In this document: in pieces, positions 1-11,951 of the stretch
Layout of the letters: each line of letters starts with the position of its first letter
Numbering within the stretch: position 1 is the first letter of the stretch
DNA from: Anolis carolinensis
Lineage: Eukaryota
Direction: 5' to 3'
Length of the DNA stretch: 64,000 nt
Assembly: GCF_035594765.1 (NCBI RefSeq)
Contig: NC_085842.1
Span: 277,869,749 to 277,933,748 of the forward strand
Made by a program: the position numbers and the translations under genes
The notes under the pieces: generated by a model
What the model was told of the DNA's origin: nothing
What the model saw: the letters and a program-made list of their open reading frames with translations, nothing else
Databases searched by the model: none

Positions 1-877
1 ATTTTTCAGTTTCGAATTGGGTGGAATTTCTGGGAGAGAAAGGAAATACATGTATTATACATGTGATTATCCATATAATGTTTCCTGTTGTTCTCGATCA
101 TGCCCTTTGCAGCTTTGCTCTTAGGAGTAAAATGCCAGAAAAGTGTAACAGATAATATGGCAAAACTTACATTGTTTCTTAGAGTACAATCTAGTTGGGA
201 TTCCTTTGCAGGTATATGTTTTCTGCACAGCCCCACTTCTCACTCGGGCGACAGACTCATTATGGGTGTAACAGTAAGCACACCAGCTTGGGACTGTGTG
301 CCAATAAAATCAATGGTGTTTGTTTATTTCTGGATCAGTGTGCTTGGACAGAGATGTTAAGCTATATAACTTGGAGCAATTCATTTGCTCCAGAGTCTTT
401 AGTGCACGGACTCTTGTATGACATATATTACAGATTAATTTGCTTATCATAATACTCATGTGGAAGTATCTTAAAAACATTCCTTGTGGCTTTGCCAAGA
501 CAGTTGAAAATGTATCGCTAAATAGATACATTCCCATTCTTGTGGAGAACATCCATATCAGTAGCAGCAAATATCAAAACTAGGCAAAACTCAATCTGAG
601 GTGCCTTATGTGCCAAATTGATCTTTAGTTTTATAATTCCTTGTTTAATGCCACTTTTAATAAATCTTTGCATGGGACCATGACATTTGAATTGGTGCAG
701 AGAGAGAGGGGGGTGGCTTTCTTGAAATTAGTATAACTTTAACATACCAGTGCCACAATCAGTGTTGGTTTACAAAATTGTCACTTTGCTTAATTTCTTC
801 ATATATTTGAACTTTGCAGTATGTTTCTATAGATTCTAAGATGCCCTACTCTGTTAAATCTTGATTGTTCACTATTA

Positions 878-1200
878 CACTAGAGTCTCACTTATCCAAG
901 ACTCGCTTATCCAAGGTTCTGGATTATCCAATGCATTTTTGTAGTCAATGTTTTCAATATATTGTGATATTTTGGTGCTAAATTCATAAATACAGTAATT
1001 ACAACATAACATTACTGTGTATTGAGCTACTTTTTCTGTCAAATTTGTTGTATAACATGATGTTTTGGTGCTTAATTTGAAAAATCATAATTTAATTTGA
1101 TGTTTAATAGGCTTTTCCTTAATCCCTCCTTATTATCCAAGATATTCGCTTATCCAGGGTTCTGCTGGCCTGTTTAGCTTGGATAAGTGAGACTCTACTG
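878..1200. mobile_element. Tc1/mariner (Tigger-type) MITE
   Basis: TIRs CA(C/G)TAGAGTCTCACTTATCCAAG...CTTGGATAAGTGAGACTCTACTG with TA on both sides. Same family at 7026 and 60461. Confidence 0.85.
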
Positions 1201-1409
1201 TATAACCTTTCCCAGTGGGGTGACCTCTGAATATTTTGGCCCAACAGTAGTCAGGAAATATGAATGATGGAGCCAAAAACATCTGGAGAGCTTCTGGCTT
1301 TGAAAGGCCATAAAATGTGTGGAATTACATCTTTAGCCTAATTGCCGTGGCTGGGTTTTTGTTTTGGTTTGTTTTTGTATTTAATCTCTGATTTTAGTGT
1401 TTCCAGGCT

Positions 1410-1475
1410 TTTTGTCTTGAGTCCCCTTGGGGAGAAGGGCGGGGTAGAAATATCGGAAATAAATAAATAAATAAT
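1410..1475 (+). mobile_element. LINE (L2-type) 3' tail fragment
   Basis: TGAGTCCCCTTGGGGAGAAGGGCGG...(TAAA)n, the same tail as the L2 fragment ending near 50470. Confidence 0.55.
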
Positions 1476-2853
1476 TGTCTGTATCCATGTCTCCTTGTAG
1501 AGAAAAAAAGTGCAGTATAAATAAACATAATCATAATAATAATGAAAATTTGTGCCATATTATAGTTCGCTCATACTTTAAGGTGCCTTGGGACTCTGTT
1601 GTTTTTGTTACAAATAACACGGCTACACCTCTTGAAAAATTATGACTTGTTTTCATATGGTTGCTATGGTCCAAGTAAGAGTGAATTATTCCAGTACTAC
1701 AGTCCTCTTCACTCATTTCTGTAATATTGCTCTTATCTGGATGATAACTAAGATCATACAGATACATGCATAGTGTTATGCTATACATAGTAATTATTCT
1801 CTGTAGGTTGGGGAATGGAGTGTGGATACAGATTCCTTTCCCTTTCCTTCATTTGGCAGGTGAGCTATACTAACAGAGAAAAAAAGATTTGCAAAAAAAT
1901 TGTTCAATCTGTTAAAATATGTTAAATATTCATATCACTAAAATGTAAAATTATTGAAATTTGACCAATTACATCCAATTAAATCCATTTTACCTTATTT
2001 CTGGATAGTTTTGTGGGGCATGAAGAGAGTGGTTGAATATTAGTTGAAGATGTTGGCACTATAAATCTAATACTGCTGTGAGTTTAGTAGATGCATAATG
2101 CCAATTCATATTATGCCTCAGCATGAGTTTATATCTCCTAATTAGTGCCACCTTTTTATGGAGAGCACATGCTATGAAAGTTTGTTTGTCATGTCAATAG
2201 AGACCAGGGGATGTAGAAGAGTTCTCAGTTAGAATAGGTGGTTTGAGAGGAGCACAAGAGACTTGTAATTTAATAAAGGAAGAATGAAAAAGTGCATTTT
2301 TCAAAAGTATAGAGTTAGATCCATTTTGTGATGAACACGGGTATGTGCTCATTATCCGTGTCCTCCTTATCTTTTTTGCCTTATTAATTAGACTTAATTA
2401 AAATGTTATTTAAAACGTGGATAGAAACATTAAAAACATAAAAGTTTTTATTCTAGCTTTATAAATGTATAATATTATGATATTCAAATGCTAATCATAT
2501 CACTTAGCAGATGACTGAAGAAAGGAGTATTTCGAATAAAGACATAAATTATAAATTGTAAACAGTGCATAGGGGATATGTTATAACTGTGTCTCATTTA
2601 AATTAAGTCAGGGAGCTTTCTCTGAAGCAGATTATGTGACTTCATTAAGTTTTAAAATTCCCCACTTTGTAATGTTTTATTAAGATCTATTGGCAACAGT
2701 CTACACCAACTTGTGTTAGAGGAGAACATAATTGTATAAAAACTTTAGCTGAAGCTCAAAAGAATGTCCGTATATGATGATGCTTCCATACTTTTCTGTA
2801 CTGTTGTGGTAAGTACGCTTTCTCCAATGCTCCCCTCTATCCCCAGAAATATC

Positions 2854-3317
2854 NNNNNNNNNNNNNNNNNNNNNNNNNNNNNNNNNNNNNNNNNNNNNNN
2901 NNNNNNNNNNNNNNNNNNNNNNNNNNNNNNNNNNNNNNNNNNNNNNNNNNNNNNNNNNNNNNNNNNNNNNNNNNNNNNNNNNNNNNNNNNNNNNNNNNNN
3001 NNNNNNNNNNNNNNNNNNNNNNNNNNNNNNNNNNNNATATTCTTTTTTTGTGTGTGCCTGCTTGTAGCTTGTTCTCAAGATTCAAGATACATTTTTGATT
3101 AATCANNNNNNNNNNNNNNNNNNNNNNNNNNNNNNNNNNNNNNNNNNNNNNNNNNNNNNNNNNNNNNNNNNNNNNNNNNNNNNNNNNNNNNNNNNNNNNN
3201 NNNNNNNNNNNNNNNNNNNNNNNNNNNNNNNNNNNNNNNNNNNNNNNNNNNNNNNNNNNNNNNNNNNNNNNNNNNNNNNNNNNNNNNNNNNNNNNNNNNN
3301 NNNNNNNNNNNNNNNNN
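2854..3317. other. Assembly gaps (N runs 2854-3036 and 3106-3317)
   Basis: Runs of N. Confidence 1.
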
Positions 3318-6300
3318 TGAAAGAAATAGTGTATATGTTTTAATTGAAACTTTTAAGAAGAACTCCACTCATTCTTAATGCATATAAATACTTTGTTTCC
3401 CATTTATGTATCCCCCGTCATCCTCATTTCTTCTTCCAATTTTATCATTTTGTGTATTACTTTATAAATTTCATGTTGTTATGCCTTTCCATATTAGTAT
3501 CCATTTAGTATTGTCATTATCCTGGAAGGAAACAGGCAAAGCCGTTTAAAGGGATATTTTTGACTTTTTTTAGTCCCATTGCCAGAGGGGGCTGAATTCT
3601 CAGTTCAGACAAGAACTAAGGTTTCCAGCTGTGAGCTTGCAGTGGATTGTTCAACATTTTTATTCCATGTTTGTCTCAAAAATACAGTTCTGAACCTAGC
3701 GGAAGGGTCATACGAGGTAACCCCAAACCTTTTTTGACTTCTGAAGACCTGTTTAATCACATTTGCTTCATCTGTAGTAATTTGTCTTCTATTGCTAGAC
3801 AGAACATAAATAAGAAATAGTGGTGCAGTTGGTATGTTAACACCTGGAGAACATTTTGTACCAAGCCTGTCTATGATTTGTAATGCTACAGGCAAGAGGC
3901 TGTATCATATGGTGGTGCATAAATAAGTGAAAGCTCTCTGGGCTACTTGAGAACTTCCTTGTAAAATGCTTAAAATCGCTGCCTTTTCTTCATCCTAGCA
4001 TAGATCCTTCTCTGCTGCTGATACAATGATTTACATACTTTTTCTTTCCTTGTAAGAGTCCATACTGTACTGTCATGGGTTAATTAGACACAATGACGCT
4101 ATTAAAGATGGAGGGGAAAATAACACATCTGTCATGAACTCCCTCTTGGAAATGAGGCATTTTAAATATTTTATAGTGAACACAAACTATCTTGAGGAAA
4201 TGGGCTTATATTCTCTGCCCACAAACAAACATCTATATGAGATGAATAGTTCTGCTTAAACAATTAGAATTCTCCACCATTTGTTAAGATCTCTGCATTT
4301 AAAAGAAACTGTGCTATATAAAATGTTTCATCTCAAATCATGTATTTAGAACATTTTGGCATCTTGGTATCTTGTACATATTCATGTAATTTGGTGTCAT
4401 AAAATGAGAAGCAGCAATGAGGAATCCTGCCAATAGAAAGGACATCTTGTTCCCAATGATTTATTTTCATCCAACATCTAGACCAAATTGAATGCAAATA
4501 CTTTGTACTTTAAACTAATTGGAACCGAATCTCTGGCCGTATTTATTACAAGATACGCTTAATTTAACAAAACCAATATTTAGCATATTTGCATAGTGCC
4601 ATTTTGTGATGTGAAATGTTTTCCCATCTTCTGCTTATATAATTTGTAACTTTGTTTAGAAATACTGTGGGATGTGGATATTCAAGTTTGAATTTGAGTG
4701 TTTATAGCTGTTCAGATAAGTGGAACAGTAACTTCCCAAACAGAGGAGTAAAAAGCAAGTGTCTTGTATGCTAAAATTACACAAATCTCATAGTTTTGCA
4801 TTTATTAATTACTAAGGCATGAATTTAAAGCATGTAATCATGGATTCCTCCCTTCCTGTACCTTTTAATCCTAATAAGAAAAGAAATATTCCCTACTAGA
4901 TATCTTTTTAAACTATTTCTCAACAAGTACCATTCTGTCCATTCGATGTAAACATATATTTCATCTTTGACAACTGTTTCATGGCACTTGGTGTTACTGA
5001 TGGTGCATGCACAACTTCTGCTTCTTTTCTTTTCTGTTTAGGACAGCTGCCAACTACAGTTGACCCTGCTGTGTTTTTCAGCTCCAGTACATCTTACAAA
5101 ATAAAGTAGTGTTGTCATGCTGGAAACATATTTGAGGAAATAATTCATGACTGTAGTTCACTAGACTGAAAGGGAGACTCTGCATTGTATAGAAAATATC
5201 TTTTGGTTTCTGACTGAATGGTGACAACCAAAACACTTCTCAAGGACCAGCTCAAGAAAGAGACTAGGGATGAGCTTTGATGAATAGTCTCTCTGGTACC
5301 CCCACACTAAGCTTAACCGGTATATCAGTGTTTCCAATAATAATCCCAGCCTCTTCCCAATAATCGTTATTTGTTTGTTTCATTTATGAATTGTCTTGTT
5401 GGCAAAACTCTCAATCTAAATCATATAACTTTAAAAAATATAAAAGGTAATATAAAAACAACATATAAAAGTAGAGAAGTACTAGTGCAACAAGGGAAAG
5501 GGCAGTTTTCAAACAAAGCTTTGCAAACAGGTTAAAAAAACCTTATTTTTAAAAGAATCATTCTTTTTAATTTCTGCAAGAATAGAAAATATTATTGTTG
5601 TTTGTAGTAGCAGTAGTTTTTAAAAGGCCTGCAAGAATAGGGAAGGGTTTGATCTGGCATTGCAACATCAGCAGAGTGTACAACAGAGTCCCTTCTTAGG
5701 AAATCGTTCCACGTTTGGAGGCCACTGTAGTATACAGACACTTAGAGTGCCACCTCCAATGATGGTCTCCTGGAAAAGGCAGGAACATTTTTAATTTATT
5801 GTGATTTTCTATCTAGAAACAACTCTCAACTAATCAGAATCATGCTCCATAACATGCCTTTTCTCAATTTCTCTTTCTGTGTACCTCCATATGAGTTTGT
5901 GCATGTGCCTTCAAGTCTTCTGTTGACTTATAGTAGCCACATGAATTGTGTAGGATTTTCTTAGACAAAGAATATGCTTTGATTTCCACTGAAATATAAC
6001 CCACTGCACCTAATTAGTGGTCTCCCGTTCAGGTAACTTCCAAGATGGGGAGCAGGTGCTTTCAGGATATTTAAGCCCTCCAAACATGTTTACCTGTGCA
6101 GTTTAAAAAAATATTTTCTCAAATTAGAAGACTTCTGAAAATTAGTGGTAGAGGACAAAAATTATACAATCTGTTCAATCCCCAAAAAAACAACATTTGA
6201 CTACATAGCCACATCCTAAGAATCAGAACTTTTACACATTTTCAGATGTCCTCCGACTTTTCTCTCCCTCGTTATGAACTGATTGTAATTCCTTTTAACT

Positions 6301-7025
6301 GAACCACTTTCACATTTACTGACTGGTGGACACTTCATGTATGAGGACTTCTTGCACTTTCTTATCCATTGTTTAGTTAAATTTGTTTAATTTGCTTTGT
6401 GCACACATTATAAGAGCCCTTCCTTGGTGATGGGTTTCTCTGAATTACATCGTAAGATGTGATTTAGCCCTGATAAAATGTAATATTTGCTATTATAATA
6501 AATCACCACCAAAATACCTTGCTTAGCTTTAAAATATTTTCTTTTATTATGTTAGATCTCCCAGTTTGGCACTCCAACCTACACATATTTTTCTATATTA
6601 TGAACCTTTTTATTCTCTCTTATGTTTGTTTTCTCCAGTCTGCCAGACAGAATGAGAACAGTGATGTTGAGATAGAATGCTGATGTATGATTCTAAAATC
6701 TGAAATAGACAAATATTTTGTCAATATATGACAAAGAGCTTGAGATATAATCAGTTTGGAGAGAAATGACTAATCTTTGATATTTCCAAATAAAATATAA
6801 TTTCTGAGAACATGGGAAACAAATTAAAACAGAAGCACAACTGAAAATTCTAATTAAAAATCAATCACAATAAGCTAAAGGAAAGATCTTGTTGACTCAG
6901 CTAAGATCTAAGGAGTATACATGAGTTTTGCACTTGAGACCATGGTCCTTACAGGCAGTCTTTGTGCAAAACAGGAAAAAGCAAAGGACTTTAGATAAAG
7001 TAAGAATATATGTTCAAAGGATATA

Positions 7026-7435
7026 CAGTAGAGTCTCACTTATCCAAGCCTCGCTTATCCAAGTTTCTGGATTATCCAAGCCATTTTTGTAGTCAATGTT
7101 TTCAATATATCGTGATATCTTGGTGCTAAATTAGTAAAAATAGTAGAATCATAGAATCATAGAATCATAGAATAGTAGAGTTGGAAGAGACCTCATGGGC
7201 CATCTAGTCCAACCCCCCGCTAAGAAGCAGTAATTACAACATAACATTACTGCGTATAGAACTGCTTTTTCTGTCAAATTTGTTGTATAACATGATGTTT
7301 TGGTGCTTAATTTGTAAAATCATAACCTAATTTGATGTTTAATAGACTTTTCCTTAATCCCTCCTTATTATCCAAGATATTCGCTTATCCAAGCTTCTGC
7401 CGGCTCATTTAGCTTGGATAAGTGAGACTCTACTG
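7026..7435. mobile_element. Tc1/mariner MITE (family of 878-1200) interrupted by a CR1 tail
   Basis: Same TIRs, TA flanks, about 85-bp insertion relative to the 878-1200 copy. Confidence 0.85.
7143..7227 (-). mobile_element. Heavily 5'-truncated CR1 LINE 3' end nested in the MITE
   Basis: Reverse complement reads GGTTGGACTAGATGGCCCATGAGGTCTCTTCCAACTCTA...(ATTCTATG)n, the CR1 terminal octamer repeat. Confidence 0.8.
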
Positions 7436-7954
7436 TAGATACAAAGTTGTGCAGATAAATTTCAAGAGACCTCACACTTTGTTTCAAGACTAATATGTGG
7501 CTTTTCATTTTATTTCAAATAGAACAGGAACATACTCATTTTTAACGTGGATAAAAACATTGCTGGTAGTTCTAGGTTCTGAAATTCTGATAGTTTTTAC
7601 AGAGAAAATACATAGTAAAATTCAGATGTTTTCTGTTTGACTTTAAATGATTAAACTCAAACTGTCAGCATAACAGAGATTCTTATATTTGTTCAACAGT
7701 CATGATGTTTGTATCTTATTTGTAACTCTTAAATGTGATTTTGATTATTTGAAATTTTATAATGAGAAAACAGGGAGAAAAGTTTGAGTGTACGGTACTC
7801 CATCTGTCATGTAGTAATCATTACTTGATTTAATCACATCAATCTGTGTTTGTTTAAATAATGATGAAGCAGGTGAGTAAAGAACTTTGTATTATTTGTT
7901 GATTTCATATCCTACCTTTCTCCAAAAAGAAATTAAACAAACATTTAAACATAT

Positions 7955-8190
7955 ACAGTTGGCTTTCCATATCCATTGCTTTTGTATCCACGGATACAAA
8001 GATTCAACCATCCACAGCTGGAAAATACCCATCCTAAAACTTTCTAAAAAGGAAATCTTCATTTTTCCATTTTGTATAAGGGACACCATTTTACTACATC
8101 ATTCTTGATTATGGAACTTGACCATCCACTGATTTTGGTGTCCATATGGGGCCTTGGAACCAATTTACAGGAGATACCGAGGGCCTGCTA
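7955..8190. mobile_element. Degenerate Tigger-like MITE
   Basis: TA-CAGTTGGCTTTCCATATCC...GGAGATACCGAGGGCCTGCTA-TA, degenerate terminal inverted repeats. Confidence 0.5.
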
Positions 8191-11100
8191 TACAGAGAAG
8201 GAGCTTGTTTAGCCTCTTTAGAATGATGATTTAGAGCTTGGGAGCAACCACAAAGAAGGCTCTGTTCTGTATATCCACCGACTGTTTTTCTAAAAGTGGC
8301 AAGACCTAGAGAATTGTCCCAAGGTTCTCAAATCCCAAATAGCTTTGTATTGGAAAATACATTCCTTCAGGTGATCCAGATTCAAGTCATTTAGTTCATA
8401 ACCAGCACTTCAAATCATGCCCAGAAACAGAAGAGCAGCCAGTGCAGTTGTTATCCAAATGGGATATAAGCAAGGCTTTTGTTACTGTGATCTCTGCAAG
8501 AACAGCAAGAACAGTAACTTTAACTATGCAAATATAGCCCTTTGCCATCTCAGAGGCCTGCGCTGATTAGGGCTAGATCCCGGAGAATACTCCAGCTGTG
8601 AACATGGGCCTTCAAACATTCAGGTTGAATCCATGTTCCCTGAGATTGACCAGAATCACTTGTATCTTGCTTCAATCATAGGTCATCCATCAAAGTGCCC
8701 ACAACTATCGCTGATCCATAAGCAAGCCTGAAACTAGATTGAAATGGTTCTAATTGATGTCATTCCAGAACCGCTGAAGCTGGGATCCTATCACATGATC
8801 TGATACCTTGCCCATAAATGGAATTTTAAAAACTTGCTAGTAATTATGCAACTTGGTAGGATTCAGGGAGTGGTTTTCAATAGATGTCTTACAACTTTCT
8901 CTCTTAGGCATGTAGAATCTTCTTTTTACTACTAGGACAGTCCCTCTCTGGTGTTTATAATAAGTCAGAAAGAGAAAAGATCTAGTAAGCACATGATGAC
9001 TCATGGAAGGTGGTGCATTTTCTTGCTTGTGACATGTCTTCTTTTAGGTTTGAGTCAAAAAATCTGGGTAAGCATTGACAGCTATTTAGAACAGTGATTT
9101 AATTTCAACACAGATAAAGAAAAATCACAAGTGTTGCCTTTAAGAATTTATTACTAGCTGGAAGCAAAAAAATGGCTGGAAGCAAAACAAAAGGTGTCTG
9201 TACAAGGTCCTAAAGAGTGATTGTTTTCAAAAGTAAGGTTGTCTTGGCTTCAGATATCCAAATCTCTTGGATTCAGTGGTGAAGTAAATGCATCTGTATG
9301 CATTTGCAGCCTGTTCCCTTTCACCACCTTCACCCTCTTTCCCCCTTCCCCTTTTAATTCTGTTGTTTTGCTGACCATTTATGTGAAGTTTAGTGGAAGA
9401 AACAACTAAAAACAGAGGAAAGAGCAAAAAAGAAAAGTAAAATTTATTTCCTTCTTTCTTCTCCTTTACTCTTTTGCCCACTAATTTCTTACTTTCGAAG
9501 GATAGACTCTTGTTTTTTATTACCTGTTTATAAGTTCCTATTTTTTAATATTACATTGGGATTTGGTTGTGTTTTGGTGTCAACAGCTTATAAGATTTAG
9601 AATAGATAATACCAGATACTTTAGGTTATATTTCAGAGGAAGGGACTGCCAAAACTATCTCTGAGTAATTCTTGCCTAAAGAAAGCCTTGTGAAATTCAC
9701 AAAGTTGCCACAAGTCGAAAGGCAACGTGAAAGTGTATATCATATAAGCATTGGGAGCATATAAGCATCATGTAGCTTCGTTGTGTGGTCTTTTACTGAA
9801 TGGAATATTTAGTATGCTCTCAGGGAAGCTGAGTAAAAGACCAAACACATTTTGTTGGTATGCCATGGGGGGATGCTGTGGCCTTTATGCGTATCTTGAA
9901 TAATTAGCTGTCCAACCAAGATGTCAGACAGGCACAAAGATAAACTCTGTTTGTGTTAGAGGATAAGAAAACGTTCAAAAGCAGAAGCATTTAGACATAT
10001 GGAATACATGAACCACACTTAATTTGTCGTATTATTTTGTGCTTTATAAGCATCACACAGACACTTGTGTATGTAATGCTAGATTACTGGAAATTTCTGA
10101 AGATAAATGCTGAGAGGCAAAAAAGATAGACTTAAACATGTTTTTTAGTGAAATCATGTAAATTTAACCTAATAATTAAAAACTGTCATGGCCATGTGAT
10201 GGCTTATCAACAATATCATAGATGTAGTTATTGTAAACATACTGTATGAAACAGTAGCATCCATTTTATTTGGTTAATCTTTACTGTTCTTTTCAAATCA
10301 GTAAGCAGATAAAAATATTACCCTACTATCATACATTTTTTCAAGCCATTGTTATCCTCACATTCCTGGATGATCAAAAAATGTTTGGTACAGGATAAAA
10401 CACTCTCGAGACCTGATGGGTGTAGAAAGCCTTTGCTTTACTCTAATTGGTCAATATGGCTCTAATGGGACATTAGGTTAACTAACTTTAAAGCTAATTT
10501 TCTGTCCTTTTTCTATTACAAAATCATGAAGTTAGCTCCTCATTTAGTAAAAAAGATGAGAGGGCCTCTTGTCCTGTTTAGCCATTGCTTGAGATAACTC
10601 TAACAATGGTTCTGATTAGAACTAGCAGATCTGGCAAGATCTGGCAATAGGTGCACAAGTAAATGGGTTTCTATAAATGTCCTTAATCATAACGTAGAGT
10701 TTATTTACATTTGTCTTTTTCACAATTCTAATAGACGTAGGCTGGTCTTGTTTTCTGTACTTTATCTCTGGACACACGCACACCTTAGGACCCAGTAAAA
10801 TGTACCTGAGGGACTGGTCCTGCTTACCTGACTCCTGACTTTCTTTTTCATAAGTTAAGGAAATCAGTTCATTCTAATAGTTTTTTCCCAGTCCTATAGC
10901 AAAAAAAAAAATGACCCACTGCTTTCAAGGACACTATTGTAAAGTATGTGTTTTCTATTTAGCAACTTTCAAATTCAATCCATGGTATCTCCAGATTATA
11001 TGAGGGAAAGGGCCTGAAGAACCATTGCAAATCAGTTAAAACAGTATTAAACTTGATGGACTAAAGATATAAGGCACTTCACTGAAAGGAATGTTCTGAT

Positions 11101-11514
11101 GTTCCTATCACAGTATTCAAGATATGTAGGAACGGTGATGGTACATAAGGAGAAATATAGAGAATAGAAAATACTTTATACATTTCTCCAACCCTATCCA
11201 TGGTTGATTATGACAAAAACATTGGCACCAGAGAAGCTATTCAAATTTTAGTGAGAAGTAGGACAGTAACAGATGGGCCTCATCCAGTGACATAAAGTAG
11301 AAAATAGTGCTGAAAGCTGATTTGTATTTCTAAAACTTATTTCTAATTTTGTCATATTGTTCACTCTTATTCTACATGTATCATTTACAGATCTAAGTCA
11401 AGTGAAAGCAATCTATAGAAGATATGACAGGTTGTCTTCTCACCATAAAGAAAATACGAGAATGGCAAGTTTGTTAGCAGTATATACTGCTGAATGTAGT
11501 ATATGAAACAGGAA

Positions 11515-11876
11515 TGTCCGGCTCACTTCAAAGGACCAGTCTGAACGCAGATCAAAGATAGCTGCTCTCAAATCCAATCTTTATTGAAGAATACATGACT
11601 TTGGAAAAGTCGAGAATGACCTAATGTTTACATACAATCATTTTTATCACCTCTGATGCAACGTAACACCACACGCAAATATCATCATCAAACCCCACCC
11701 CTTGTATCACATTTCTACTATTCCCACACACTATACCAATTATAATTGTTTATACTTTCAACCCCGAGTTCCCAGGCTCATTCTATCTTCTTCTGCCAGG
11801 TGCTTCCAGGATTATTTATGTTATGACTCCAAGTCCAGGGCTTGGAAATTCAGCCCTGGGACTTGGTTCCATGACA
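11515..11876 (-). repeat. 3' LTR
   Basis: Direct repeat of 16826-17187, element-sense TGTCATGG...CCGGACA. Confidence 0.97.
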
Positions 11877-11928
11877 TGGCACCCTCTTTTTCTTCGTCCT
11901 CCTCTTCGGCTCTTCTTTCATCACAATC
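11821..11928 (-). CDS. Predicted second coding exon of a spliced Gag (35-aa acidic tail DCDERRAEEEDEEKEGAMSWNQVPGLNFQALDLES)
   Basis: Preceded by TTATTGTTTGATTTATTTCAG acceptor, phase 0, matching donor CTG|GTGAGT at 15144/15143; open to TAA at 11821-11823. Confidence 0.6.
   Translation of the reverse strand, partial: DCDERRAEEEDEEKEGAMSWNQVPGLNFQALDLES
11877..11918 (-). promoter_or_regulatory. Polypurine tract (PPT)
   Basis: Element-sense AAAGAAGAGCCGAAGAGGAGGACGAAGAAAAAGAGGGTGCCA immediately 5' of the 3' LTR. Confidence 0.8.
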
Positions 11929-11951
11929 CTGAAATAAATCAAACAATAACT

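Noticed and set aside
2716-3368. ORFs containing X runs (also 48160-48636)
   Set aside because: Artefacts of assembly gaps.
9040-9075. Possible plus-strand micro-exon (TTTTAG|20 nt|GTAAGC)
   Set aside because: Not frame-preserving, no match to FAM172A, and expected by chance in 50 kb.
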